DNA of 64,000 bases, from contig DAOUBT010000052.1 in assembly GCA_034432595.1 (NCBI GenBank), forward strand, positions 1 to 64,000. Reading direction: 5' to 3'. Positions 19,754 to 29,376 of the stretch are shown here, piece after piece. A program made the translations under genes and the position numbers. Positions within the stretch are counted from its first letter, which is position 1. Every line of letters begins with the position of its first letter. This DNA is from Anaerolineae bacterium. GTDB lineage: Bacteria; Chloroflexota; Anaerolineae; B4-G1; SLSP01. The notes beneath the pieces were generated by a model. The model saw only the letters and a list, made by a program, of their open reading frames with translations, was not told the DNA's origin and did not search any database.

Positions 19754-20650
19754 TTAATCGCCCGTCGCCTCCATGGCCAGTGCCAGAGCGCCCAGCAGAC
19801 CGGCGCGCTGCCCCAGGGTCGGGGGAACCACGTAAGTTTCCAGAGACGTGCTCAACAGCTCCGGCACGCGCATATACCCTCCCAACAGCGTCTTGACCTG
19901 TTTGCGAATGAGCGGGAACAGGTGCTGTTGCTGCATCACCCCGCCGCCCAGGATGATGCGTTGCGGCACCAGCGTCACAATGAGATTCACCAGCCCCAGG
20001 GCCAGGTAGCGGGCTTCCAAAGCCCAGGCCTGATGATGCGGGGGCAAATTGACCGCGTCCGTGTTCCAGCGCATCTTCAGAGCCGGACCGGACGCCATCC
20101 CTTCCAGGCAGCCACCATGATACGGGCAAATACCCGGAAAATCGTCATCCGGATCGCGGGGAATGCGGATGTGGCCCATCTCTGGATGCCAGGCACCGCG
20201 CAAAAGACGGCCATGGACGAGCGCCCCGCCGCCGATGCCCGTGCCAATCGTCATATAGAGCGCGTGTTCCAGCCCCTGCGCCGCGCCCCAACGCCATTCC
20301 CCCCACAAAGCCGCGTTGACGTCCGTCTCCAGGCGCACCGGCACGCCGAGATTGTGCTCCAACGCGCCGATGAGGTTGATGCCTGACCATCCTGACTTAG
20401 GCGTCCCCACAATGTGCCCGTAATCCGAAGCGGCAGGGTCCAACGAGAGCGGGCCAAAACTTCCCACTCCTAACGCGCGCAACGTGATGCCCTTACGTTG
20501 CTGCTCCAGAAAAAAGGCGATGACCTCGCTCAGTGTTGCATACGGCTCGCCGGTAGGAATGCGCCTTTCGGCCAGCAAGGCGTCTGGTCCCGTTCCTACC
20601 GCACAGACAAATTTGGTTCCTCCAGCTTCCACCGCACCCCAGGCTTCCAT
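19754..20650 (-). CDS. ROK-family sugar kinase (glucokinase/fructokinase-like)
   Basis: N-terminal VEAGGTKFVCAV ATP-binding motif. ROK zinc-motif region reads CPYHGGCLEGMASGPAL. Confidence 0.75.
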   Translation of the reverse strand: MEAWGAVEAGGTKFVCAVGTGPDALLAERRIPTGEPYATLSEVIAFFLEQQRKGITLRALGVGSFGPLSLDPAASDYGHIVGTPKSGWSGINLIGALEHNLGVPVRLETDVNAALWGEWRWGAAQGLEHALYMTIGTGIGGGALVHGRLLRGAWHPEMGHIRIPRDPDDDFPGICPYHGGCLEGMASGPALKMRWNTDAVNLPPHHQAWALEARYLALGLVNLIVTLVPQRIILGGGVMQQQHLFPLIRKQVKTLLGGYMRVPELLSTSLETYVVPPTLGQRAGLLGALALAMEATGD

Positions 20651-20804
20651 CGCATCCCTTTCCTACCATCATTTTTCGAGAAAAAAGAAATCCCTTTCGG
20701 GTTAGCGCATCCAACAGCCGAAGACAAGACAGGCAACAACCCGACACACCCGCAGGCTCATCCACGTGGCGCTTCACCATCGTGCGGATAGGGAAGGCAG
20801 CCCG

Positions 20805-23141
20805 TTAAGGGTGCGTGCGCACACGCAAGTGCCTGCCATCCGCAATCAACTCGATATGTCCATCGCGGTCGGTGCGGTAAATGGGCCACTCCACCAGCCG
20901 CGCCAACGTCGTCTCTGCCGGGGCCTCCCCTTCATCCAGGGTGATCATGACCATTTCAGGAGATACTGCCGCCAGAAAAGCGGGCGTTGCCGCCGTTTTC
21001 ACAGCATGGCGGGGTACCAGAAGCGCCTGCGCCCGCAACATGGGTGCCATCGTTTCAACCAGGGCTGTTTCCACGGTGGACGGCGTCGCCCCGGCCAACA
21101 AGATGCGCACCCCATCGGTGCGCAAAAGCAGCACAAGCGGTCCCGCTGTCCCTGCCGGCGGCCAGAGCGTCAGGATATCCACCCCCGCATCCAGCGTCCA
21201 CACCTCGCCCTGCGTTAACGTGCCTGCCGTGCCCGCCGGACGCTGCGAGAGATAGGCTTGCCAGGGCTGGAGGAGCGCCGTTGTTCCCGTCATTGGCGCG
21301 GAAACGACGTAATCCACGCGATAGCGCTCCAGTACCGGCAACAGGCCCGTCACGCGGTCAGCGGTTGGCGCAGTAAGAATCACCCCGTCCAGATGACGGT
21401 CCCAAAAGGGCATGAAGCGGCCCAGCGCGTCCAGGGTGCGGGTTGGATCGCCCCCGCCATCCACCAGCACCTGCCGCCCGGCAGGTGTGCGAATGAGCAC
21501 CGCATCCCCCTTCCCCACCGCCATCACGATACAATGCGTCCTGCCATCGGGGAGACTGATGAGGCCCACCACCGCCAGCGTCAAAGCCACCAGCGCCCCG
21601 ATCCAGGCCCAGGCAGGGAACGCGCGCATCCGCGCCAGGAAGCGCAAGCGACGCGGACGAGAAAGCCGCATCCACCCCAACCCCAGGCCCAACACGGCGT
21701 AATAGGCCCACACCACCGGCACACTGACCACGTCGAACGGCACCGAAGCCCAGGGCAGGCGCGCCGTCGCCTTTACCACAGCAATCGTGTAGGTGAGAAA
21801 CACCCACGCCCCCCATCCCAACACCTGTCCCAGCGGAAACCACAATAGCGCCACGATCAGCGCCACTCCGCCCAGTAACATCACCCAGGGTTGGGCCGGT
21901 AGAATCAGAAAATTCGTCAATAAGGTGATGAGGGACAGCCGCTTGAACAGGGCCAGCAGAATGGGAAGGGTGGTGATCTGCGCAGCTAAAGTGACGATGA
22001 GCGCCTCACTGAACCATCCCACCACGCGCCTGCCCCAGGCCGGCCCCAGCCAGCGCGTGAAGAAACGCAAAGCCAGATGGGTCAACGGGTCGGTAAACAG
22101 CAACAGGCCTGCCGTAGCGCTCAAACTCAGCAGAAAACCAGCATCCCACCACACATAGGCATCGAGGAGCGCCATCGCGAGGGCTGCCGCGGCTAATGAA
22201 GTCGGCCCGTGGATGCGCCGATCCAACGCGCGTGCAGCGAGCGCCACGCTCCCCATCAAGGCGGCGCGCACCACCGAGGCCGATGCGCCAACCAGCACGG
22301 TGTAGAGTGCAACACCACCCGCCGCAAGCCAGAATTCCCCTTTCCCCCGCCCTACGCGGCGCGCCAGGGCCGCGAACACGCCCGCGATGATGGATATATT
22401 GAAGCCGGAAATCGCCACAATGTGACTCGTGCCGGTCGTGGCAAAAGCGTCCTGCAGGCTGCGTGGAATGCCGCTCTCGATCCCCAACAGAATGCCCGCC
22501 AGGAGGGAAGCCTGCGGCTCCGGCAACATGCGCAGGAGCGTGCGCCAGGCGTGAGCTTTGAAGCGAAACAGCGCCTCCAGCAGGGGGTTGGCCTGATGGG
22601 AGGCCACGATGCGACATCCGGGATTGTTCATCATGACGTAGATGCCGCGACGCGCCAGATAAGCGCGATAGTCGAAACCTTCCAGCACAGGCGGCGCTTC
22701 CAACGTTCCCTGCAGCATCACGCGGTCGCCGTAGGCAACCGGGGTATAAACCGGCAGGCGCACCAGCACCAGACCCTGCACCGGCTGCTCGAAGCCATCC
22801 GGGGTGATGACGTGTTCTGCACGCACCCGCGCATACGTGTAGAGTGGACGCACATCCGGCTCCGCCACCACCACACCGCGCAGCACAATGGGTGCGCCTT
22901 CGCGGTAGGCGGCGATGTGATCAGGACCCAGCGAGGGCTGCGCCAGGAGCATCCGCCCCGCCCCCAGCATTACCCCCATCAGCGCCCACACCATTTTGCG
23001 CGCCAGTGGGGTCCGCCATCCACGTCCCACCACCAGGCTGATGGGCAACCCGATCAGGAACCAGACCGGATGAAACAAAGCCGCCTGCACCAACACGCTG
23101 CCGGCGGCCCATCCCATTGCCAACACTACCAGCGCTGTCAT
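20805..23141 (-). CDS. comEC: DNA internalization competence protein ComEC/Rec2 (with C-terminal MBL domain)
   Basis: Polytopic membrane core with HIVAISGFNISIIAG. C-terminal lactamase-B domain (VGKGDAVLIRTPAGRQVLVDGGGD). Start at MTALVVLAMG (ATG 23141) assumed. Confidence 0.8.
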   Translation of the reverse strand: MTALVVLAMGWAAGSVLVQAALFHPVWFLIGLPISLVVGRGWRTPLARKMVWALMGVMLGAGRMLLAQPSLGPDHIAAYREGAPIVLRGVVVAEPDVRPLYTYARVRAEHVITPDGFEQPVQGLVLVRLPVYTPVAYGDRVMLQGTLEAPPVLEGFDYRAYLARRGIYVMMNNPGCRIVASHQANPLLEALFRFKAHAWRTLLRMLPEPQASLLAGILLGIESGIPRSLQDAFATTGTSHIVAISGFNISIIAGVFAALARRVGRGKGEFWLAAGGVALYTVLVGASASVVRAALMGSVALAARALDRRIHGPTSLAAAALAMALLDAYVWWDAGFLLSLSATAGLLLFTDPLTHLALRFFTRWLGPAWGRRVVGWFSEALIVTLAAQITTLPILLALFKRLSLITLLTNFLILPAQPWVMLLGGVALIVALLWFPLGQVLGWGAWVFLTYTIAVVKATARLPWASVPFDVVSVPVVWAYYAVLGLGLGWMRLSRPRRLRFLARMRAFPAWAWIGALVALTLAVVGLISLPDGRTHCIVMAVGKGDAVLIRTPAGRQVLVDGGGDPTRTLDALGRFMPFWDRHLDGVILTAPTADRVTGLLPVLERYRVDYVVSAPMTGTTALLQPWQAYLSQRPAGTAGTLTQGEVWTLDAGVDILTLWPPAGTAGPLVLLLRTDGVRILLAGATPSTVETALVETMAPMLRAQALLVPRHAVKTAATPAFLAAVSPEMVMITLDEGEAPAETTLARLVEWPIYRTDRDGHIELIADGRHLRVRTHP

Positions 23142-23224
23142 CCCTGTGTCCCTTAAGCGAACTACGCCCCGCAAGCGGGGCGTAGTCGAAGATCAGCCAA
23201 TCACAGAAAGCGCTCCGCGCTCGT

Positions 23225-24088
23225 TTAACCGCTGAGCGCCTCGGTCAAGGAACGAATATCGTAGAAGGGACCGTCCACTTCCGGCGTGACCATGCGCACG
23301 CGCAGCTCGGCCAGGGGAACTTTTTCTCCCTCGTAGAGGATGTAGCCCTGTTCGCGGTCAATAAAGTTGTAATGCGAGCCGACTTCCTCAGCAAAGAGAC
23401 GCAGGACCTCGTCGCGCAACGGCTCAAAGCGTTCGCGCTGTGTGATGACGATAAAATCGTCGTGTCCGCCATAAGCCAGGAAATCTGTCTCGCTGGTGTT
23501 ATGCCCCATCACCTCGGAAAGGATGCGCGCCACGCCGCGCAGGAAGTCCTCCGCCGCCATGAAACCGTACACCTCACGAAAGGGGTCCAGGTAGGCGATG
23601 CGGAAGCGAATCAGGCCCCAGGTGCCTTCGGGGTCGTTTTGCACCAGGTAACGGAGCTGTTCCTGCAACAAAGGGCCGGCAGGCAGGCCGGTGATGGGAT
23701 CCGTGCGATTGGAGGTGGTGGCACGGCGCAGGGCGTTGCGGATGCGCAACGTCACCTCATCGGGATCGAAAGGCGAGGGGACAAAGTCATCTACGCCGAC
23801 TTCCAGGCCGCTCAGCAACTCGTGATGCAGGTTTTCATCAGCCAGAAGCATCATAAAGATGTGTCGGGTGCGGCTCAGTGAACGGAGCTGTTTCACCACA
23901 TCAAGGCCCTGCATATCGGGCAGGCTGGTACTGATGACGATGCCTTCGGGAATCAGGCGCAAGGCCTTCTCAATCCCCTCCTTGCCGGTACTGGATTCCT
24001 CCACCTTGATATTGGCCTCGGTCAAATGCTCGCGCAGAATGGCGGCATTGGCAGGATCATCTTCAATGAGCAGAACGCGCCCTTCCAC
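23225..24088 (-). CDS. response regulator with receiver + degenerate GGDEF domain
   Basis: REC domain (LLIEDDP...DMQGLDVV). GGDEF-like domain in which the signature reads AYGGHDDF instead of GG(D/E)EF. GTG start at 24088 follows a CAGGAGGA RBS. Confidence 0.75.
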   Translation of the reverse strand: MEGRVLLIEDDPANAAILREHLTEANIKVEESSTGKEGIEKALRLIPEGIVISTSLPDMQGLDVVKQLRSLSRTRHIFMMLLADENLHHELLSGLEVGVDDFVPSPFDPDEVTLRIRNALRRATTSNRTDPITGLPAGPLLQEQLRYLVQNDPEGTWGLIRFRIAYLDPFREVYGFMAAEDFLRGVARILSEVMGHNTSETDFLAYGGHDDFIVITQRERFEPLRDEVLRLFAEEVGSHYNFIDREQGYILYEGEKVPLAELRVRMVTPEVDGPFYDIRSLTEALSG

Positions 24089-24277
24089 GATAGTCCTCCT
24101 GAATCCAGGGAATCAATTTACATCACCTTTAATTATGGTAGGAAATTAAGTAAAGTCAAGTCATTGCAAGACTTAAACAAAGCGAAATGGCCTGCCTCCC
24201 ACCGGCTGACAGTTGAAACCGCGCTGAAGCCAGCTTGTGGGTCTCTACCCCCTGCGCGAACGCTCCCTGTTCCAGCT

Positions 24278-25213
24278 TTACCCCTCCAGGCTTTCGTACA
24301 GACTTTCCCAGGTGAGGGTGGAACAGACAGTCTCGCTACAGGCCAGGGTGCGGGCTGCTGCCGCCTGCCCCAGGCGCACGGCTTCGGATGGCGGAATTTC
24401 TTCCAGGAGAGCGTAGGCGATGGCCGCCGTGAGCGCGTCGCCCGCTCCTACTGTATCCACAACTTCGGTCTTCAACGCCGGCAGACGCCCACTTTCCTCT
24501 TGCGTGGCATAGCACAAGCCGGCTTCCCCCAGGGTGATGACGGCCAATCCTACCCCCAATTGAACCATCCGCCGCGCGCCGCGAATCAGCGCCTCGTCAT
24601 CCAGAAGCGGCTCACCAACAAGCATTTCGGCTTCGCGTCGGTTGGGGGTAATGGCGGTAATGTCCGGCAGGTAGGGATGGAGACGCGGCGCCAAAAGCTC
24701 CGCCGTCGGGTCGGCGCAGACGGGGATTTCGTACTTGCGGGTGAGGCGGAAAAGCGTCTCCAACGCCTCTGCGGTGAGGTTGGCGTCTATGCACACCATA
24801 TCCGCGCGGCGAATGAGGGAGCGATGGCGCTGCAGGTAGGCCGGGGTGATGCTGCGCATGATGAGCATGTCGTCAAAAGCAACGGCGAGGCGCCGATCAA
24901 CGTGATATTGGGCCACATACGCGCCGGTGTGTTGATCGGGGGCGATGCACATCGCGTCCGTGTTCACCCCCACGGCCTGCAGATGGCGCATCAGATTGTG
25001 GCCGGGTTCGTCATCCCCCACGGCGGAAATAAAGATGACCTCCGCACCGAGATGGGCCAGATTTTCGGCAATGTTGCGCCCCACGCCGCCCCAACTCCAG
25101 CGGATATAGCCGGGATTGGATTTGCCCGGCTCGATGGCCATCATGCGCGGCCAGACGTGCACGTCCAGGCCGGCGGCCCCAATCACGACCACTTGATATT
25201 CGTGCTCGCTCAT
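24278..25213 (-). CDS. PfkB-family carbohydrate kinase
   Basis: N-terminal VIGAAGLDV motif and C-terminal VDTVGAGDALTAAIA anion-hole motif. Confidence 0.8.
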   Translation of the reverse strand: MSEHEYQVVVIGAAGLDVHVWPRMMAIEPGKSNPGYIRWSWGGVGRNIAENLAHLGAEVIFISAVGDDEPGHNLMRHLQAVGVNTDAMCIAPDQHTGAYVAQYHVDRRLAVAFDDMLIMRSITPAYLQRHRSLIRRADMVCIDANLTAEALETLFRLTRKYEIPVCADPTAELLAPRLHPYLPDITAITPNRREAEMLVGEPLLDDEALIRGARRMVQLGVGLAVITLGEAGLCYATQEESGRLPALKTEVVDTVGAGDALTAAIAYALLEEIPPSEAVRLGQAAAARTLACSETVCSTLTWESLYESLEG

Positions 25214-26151
25214 CCTACCCCCCTTCTGCGCAACAAAGCTTTCGCGATGCCGCTAAACCCACGCCCCTGCACCTGCGTGCGAAAGAGAATGCGTCCATCA
25301 TGATAACGGCGGATAAAAACGCCATGCTCGCCTTCCGGCAGCAGGGTACTGCGTTCCAAAAGCAACATATCGCCTGCGCGGCTCTGCGGTACACCATCGC
25401 CATCCACCAGGATGCGCTGCGCGCAATAGTAGCTACCCGGTGCCGGCGATAACAACGGTACCCGCCAGGACGAAAGCGGGTGCACCTCAAAATGGCCAGC
25501 CTCGTACACGCGGGAAAGTGTGCCTTCAGAAAGGATAAGATGAGGGGATGGTAGTCCAAACAAACCCACACGTTGAAACAGGCCCTGCGTCTCCTCGAAA
25601 AGCGGCAGGAGGTAATGCAGGCCCGGAGCAGTGCTTTCATTCAGGCTGCTGAGCAGGTCGCTGATCCAACGCTGCACATCGTGACAGGCCTGCATCCGTG
25701 CCGTATCCCGCCCATAGCCCCAATAGCGTGCCGCATCGTCCAGGCCAGCCTGCGCGGCCCGCAATAGCCGCTCTGCCCGGGCGTCGGCGTGGAGACTGAG
25801 CGCAAGCAGGCCCTCCAGATAGGCCGCCAAAGCTTCGTGATAGCGCGCTTCGGGAGCCACAGAAAAATACAGGACGCTGCGCGCCTGCTGCACGACATCC
25901 AGCACCTCCAACCAACGCTCGGCCTGCCATAGCGCCGCCGCATAGAGCAGGAGCACCACGCCGCGCGTGTCCACATCATCGGATATCGTGCGCAAAACCA
26001 GCTTTTCAATGCGCGCCAGCACGGCGTCCGTGCCTAAAGCCTCTGGCGCGTTGCACAACTCAACAAACGAAAGCCGCACATCCTCCGGTAAAGCGTCCGG
26101 TACCAACAGGGATGGCAGGCTCAATTCCCACGGAACAAACACAAAACGCAT
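25210..26151 (-). CDS. hypothetical protein (operon partner of the SPFH paralogs)
   Basis: 4-nt overlaps with both flanking genes. No family recognised. Confidence 0.5.
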   Translation of the reverse strand: MRFVFVPWELSLPSLLVPDALPEDVRLSFVELCNAPEALGTDAVLARIEKLVLRTISDDVDTRGVVLLLYAAALWQAERWLEVLDVVQQARSVLYFSVAPEARYHEALAAYLEGLLALSLHADARAERLLRAAQAGLDDAARYWGYGRDTARMQACHDVQRWISDLLSSLNESTAPGLHYLLPLFEETQGLFQRVGLFGLPSPHLILSEGTLSRVYEAGHFEVHPLSSWRVPLLSPAPGSYYCAQRILVDGDGVPQSRAGDMLLLERSTLLPEGEHGVFIRRYHDGRILFRTQVQGRGFSGIAKALLRRRGVG

Positions 26152-26153
26152 AG

Positions 26154-27464
26154 TTATCCACGATTACCAGGCAAGGAACGGTTCGCCCCGGCTCCTGACA
26201 CCGATGACGCCTCACCCGCGCCCCCTTCCAGGCTGGCGGTGAGGTCCATCACCAGACGGCGCAAGCTTTCCGCCTGATTGAACATCAGGCTGCGCACGGC
26301 GGGGTCGCTATCCGAGAGGGAGCGCATCACTTCCAGGAATTTCATGGTGATGAGCGCCGGCGGCACGTCCACATTCTGGAAGGGCTTGAGCGCCTCACCC
26401 ATCTCCGCCAGGAAGCTGGTCTGCGCCATGATGCGCGCGCGCTCACCGTACAGGATATTGGCCGCCTCACCCTGTGCCAGCTCGGTCGTTACCTGTTGCT
26501 GCCAGATGGCGCGCCAGGATTCGAGCCACTGCCGGGAGACATCCTCATCTAACGGCGTGATGGGGCCGAGCTGGACACTTTCGACCATGACCCCAAGGCC
26601 ACGCGCGGCTTCGCGCACGCTCTGCTCAATATCCTGCTCCAGACGCCGCAGCATGGAGTCTTTCTGCTGATCATCGGGCAGCACAATCTCATCCAGCCAC
26701 ATGCGTTCCAGACGGTCACGCACTTCGCCATCGAGGATGCCATCCGCCACGCGCGATTCCCAGCGCTGAATAGCGTTGCCAGCGCGCCGCCGCTGCTTGA
26801 CAGCCGCGCGGAAAACCGCGTCTTCCACAAACGGATAGGGCCGCTCCAGCGAGGGCTTCTGATCACCGCTGTCTATGCGGAAGCGAATTTCCGCATCACA
26901 ATACACCGGGACTCCCTCGCGCGTCGTTGCTTCGACGCGCACCGTGCGCTTTTGCGGGCGCAAGTCCACCACGTCCCAAACGCGCTCAAAGGGCCTCAGC
27001 TTGAAGAAGCCCGGCCCCAGCACGCGCTCCAGGCGTCCCATGCATGTCGTGACGACGGCAGAATCGTGCGCAATGCTGATGAACCCAGGCCCACCCAGCT
27101 TGCGCAGGACGGGATGGCCCTCCGGTATGACCCGCCCTTCCTGAACGCGCAAGGTGTAGGGGAATGGTGGGCGCGTCGGCAAACCGTAAAACCGATGGGT
27201 AATGAAGTCGGCTTCGACGCCCTCCTCTTCATCCTCAAAACCGTAGAGCTTGCGCGCCAAAGCATGCGCCCAGGCCAGAAACGCGCGCACGGGATGCCAC
27301 AAGGCCAACATCAGCGCCAGGGGAATCAGCACCACGCCCAGGAGCGAAAAACTCGGAGCCACCTGTTGGACCGATGCGACTATCATCAAGATGCTAAAGC
27401 CCAGCGCGATCAGGATTGCGCCCAGGAAGTAGTGAGAAATAAACCAGAACCGATCGGGAATCAT
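26154..27464 (-). CDS. SPFH/band-7 domain membrane protein (paralog 1)
   Basis: N-terminal TM helices, then an SPFH-like core (VTTCMGRLERVLGPGFFKLRPFERVWDVVDLRPQKRTVRVEA), then a coiled-coil C-terminus. Confidence 0.65.
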   Translation of the reverse strand: MIPDRFWFISHYFLGAILIALGFSILMIVASVQQVAPSFSLLGVVLIPLALMLALWHPVRAFLAWAHALARKLYGFEDEEEGVEADFITHRFYGLPTRPPFPYTLRVQEGRVIPEGHPVLRKLGGPGFISIAHDSAVVTTCMGRLERVLGPGFFKLRPFERVWDVVDLRPQKRTVRVEATTREGVPVYCDAEIRFRIDSGDQKPSLERPYPFVEDAVFRAAVKQRRRAGNAIQRWESRVADGILDGEVRDRLERMWLDEIVLPDDQQKDSMLRRLEQDIEQSVREAARGLGVMVESVQLGPITPLDEDVSRQWLESWRAIWQQQVTTELAQGEAANILYGERARIMAQTSFLAEMGEALKPFQNVDVPPALITMKFLEVMRSLSDSDPAVRSLMFNQAESLRRLVMDLTASLEGGAGEASSVSGAGANRSLPGNRG

Positions 27465-29074
27465 GCTGTACCTCCCGTGCTGCGTTCGAGGATTTCCGTC
27501 TGCGCTACCATGCGCTGCCGGATCAGGCGGATGGCATTGCGTGAGGCTTCCGGTGTGTAAGCTTCCATCTCGGCCTCGTTGGCGATTTGATCCAGGGTGT
27601 CCAGCAAGCGCACGGCCAGCAGCGCGGCGCTCTTCTGCGGCCCCAGAGCGCGCAAGCGTTCATGCTCACTGGCCAATTTCTGCAACACATCTTGCAAGAC
27701 GCGCTGCCGCGCCTTTTCCATAAGGCGATAGCGTTCGGCCTCCGCTTCGGCCTGCCGTAGCATGGCCCGCCGCATCCAGCGCGCTCGCCACGCCTCGATG
27801 CGCTGCTGCACTACGCTTTTATCCACCGGCACGATGCGATTGCCAATCGAACCCCCGACGATAGCCACGCCCTTAGCCGCCATCTCATCCCCAAGGCTTT
27901 GCAACATTTCGGATGTCAGCTCCGGGACAACGCGCTCAAGGGTCTCGCTCACTTCCCGGCGCACCTCGCCGGAAATCGCCAGGCGCGGCAGGGTGATTTT
28001 ATCCAGGTCAACGTCCGGCCGAACCGGGAAAATGTCATCGAGATGGTAGTTGGCAATCCGTCGGCGCACGTGAGCTTTCGCCAAATCGAGCGGGAGGGAA
28101 TCCCAACTGCGCGCGCGGCGGCCTTCAATTGGCGATGTGGTGGTGGGGTCCACTTCTGCCGCAAAGAGCGCGGTGTAAGCCGCCCCTCTCCGATAAGGCC
28201 AGGGTTCGCCCAGGCGCACGTTTTCCGAGCCGTGGATGCGGAAAATGGTCGAAATGGGGACTTCTAACTCGATACCGTTGCTGGTGCGCGCCCGCACGCG
28301 CTCCCCGCGAATCTGTTCCCGCAAATCGAGCACGGCAAAAGGAGCTTCTCCGCTAATAAAGAAAGGTTCTGGCCCCTGCACGCCGGTAATCATCGAGCCG
28401 GTGGTGGTGACCACGGCGGTATGCGGTTCCGGCACCACCAGACTCGGACCGCTGCCGTTGAATTGATTGCCGTTCAGTCGCATCACGGCTTCGCCATTTT
28501 CCACCACCCAGGTCGGGCGGAAGAAGCCCAGCACCAGGCCCATGTACCACGCCATGATGTCACGCCGATGCCGTCTCACCTGCTCCGGGCGGAAGGGAAG
28601 CAGGTCTGGCCCCATGGTCAACAAAACCAGTTGTGCCCCGAGCGGGGGCAACACGGCAAAGAGGGCAGGTAAAAGAAGAGCCAGGAAAGAGGCACCCAAG
28701 ATCAGCTTAGGGACCACGATCCCGAGCACCAGCATAAGCCCCAACAAGGCATACAACACGGTCTCAGCCGTACCCAATAGACCTGTCCAGCGTAACCAGG
28801 GCAGCCAGCTCAGCAGGGTAAGAGCCGCCATGAACATCACAAGCGGGATAAAGCCCACCGCTCCATCCCACCACCCAATCCACAGAAGCCAGAGCACGGG
28901 CCAGAGCAGCACGGTGCTCACTCTCTGAATGACGAGCAAACCGCGCTCCTCCGGCTCCGGATAACGCCCGGAAAGCTCGAACGTCATGGTTCTGAGACGG
29001 CGATTGATCAGGACGGTTCCAATGATGTACCCGGCCAGGGCTAACAAACGTATGACATCGGCAATCGCATTCAT
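27461..29074 (-). CDS. SPFH/band-7 domain membrane protein (paralog 2, polytopic N-terminus)
   Basis: About 6 N-terminal TM helices, then a core matching paralog 1 (VTTTGSMITGVQGPEPFFISGEAPFAVLDLREQIRGERV), then a long coiled-coil tail. Overlaps the downstream gene by 4 nt. Confidence 0.65.
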   Translation of the reverse strand: MNAIADVIRLLALAGYIIGTVLINRRLRTMTFELSGRYPEPEERGLLVIQRVSTVLLWPVLWLLWIGWWDGAVGFIPLVMFMAALTLLSWLPWLRWTGLLGTAETVLYALLGLMLVLGIVVPKLILGASFLALLLPALFAVLPPLGAQLVLLTMGPDLLPFRPEQVRRHRRDIMAWYMGLVLGFFRPTWVVENGEAVMRLNGNQFNGSGPSLVVPEPHTAVVTTTGSMITGVQGPEPFFISGEAPFAVLDLREQIRGERVRARTSNGIELEVPISTIFRIHGSENVRLGEPWPYRRGAAYTALFAAEVDPTTTSPIEGRRARSWDSLPLDLAKAHVRRRIANYHLDDIFPVRPDVDLDKITLPRLAISGEVRREVSETLERVVPELTSEMLQSLGDEMAAKGVAIVGGSIGNRIVPVDKSVVQQRIEAWRARWMRRAMLRQAEAEAERYRLMEKARQRVLQDVLQKLASEHERLRALGPQKSAALLAVRLLDTLDQIANEAEMEAYTPEASRNAIRLIRQRMVAQTEILERSTGGTA

Positions 29075-29376
29075 GTAGTCCCCCTGTACTTTACCGCGGA
29101 TCGGGTATGTCGCGGCCTCACAAGGCTTATTTCAATGTAGCACAGAAATGCAAAAAAGTAAAACGGAGCCAACGGCGCGGCGGTTCTGTAACGGGAATGC
29201 AGACGACCACGCAGGTGAGCGGCTGCACATTGCAGGTATCACGGCCTTGTTGAGAGCGCATAGCTGTTAAGGCTCGAACCTCAAACGCACAGTCACCACC
29301 CGCATCCTGCTTCCGGCTTCCAGCTTCCAGCAGTTTGTGCTATACTCTGAGCGTATTGTGCGAATAAGGAGAGACC

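Noticed and set aside
20805-23174. Large antisense ORFs within comEC (21258..21848, 22209..23156) and within the transglycosylase gene (40270..41460)
   Set aside because: These are high-GC antisense artefacts. The sense frames carry recognisable ComEC and SLT/TPR motifs.
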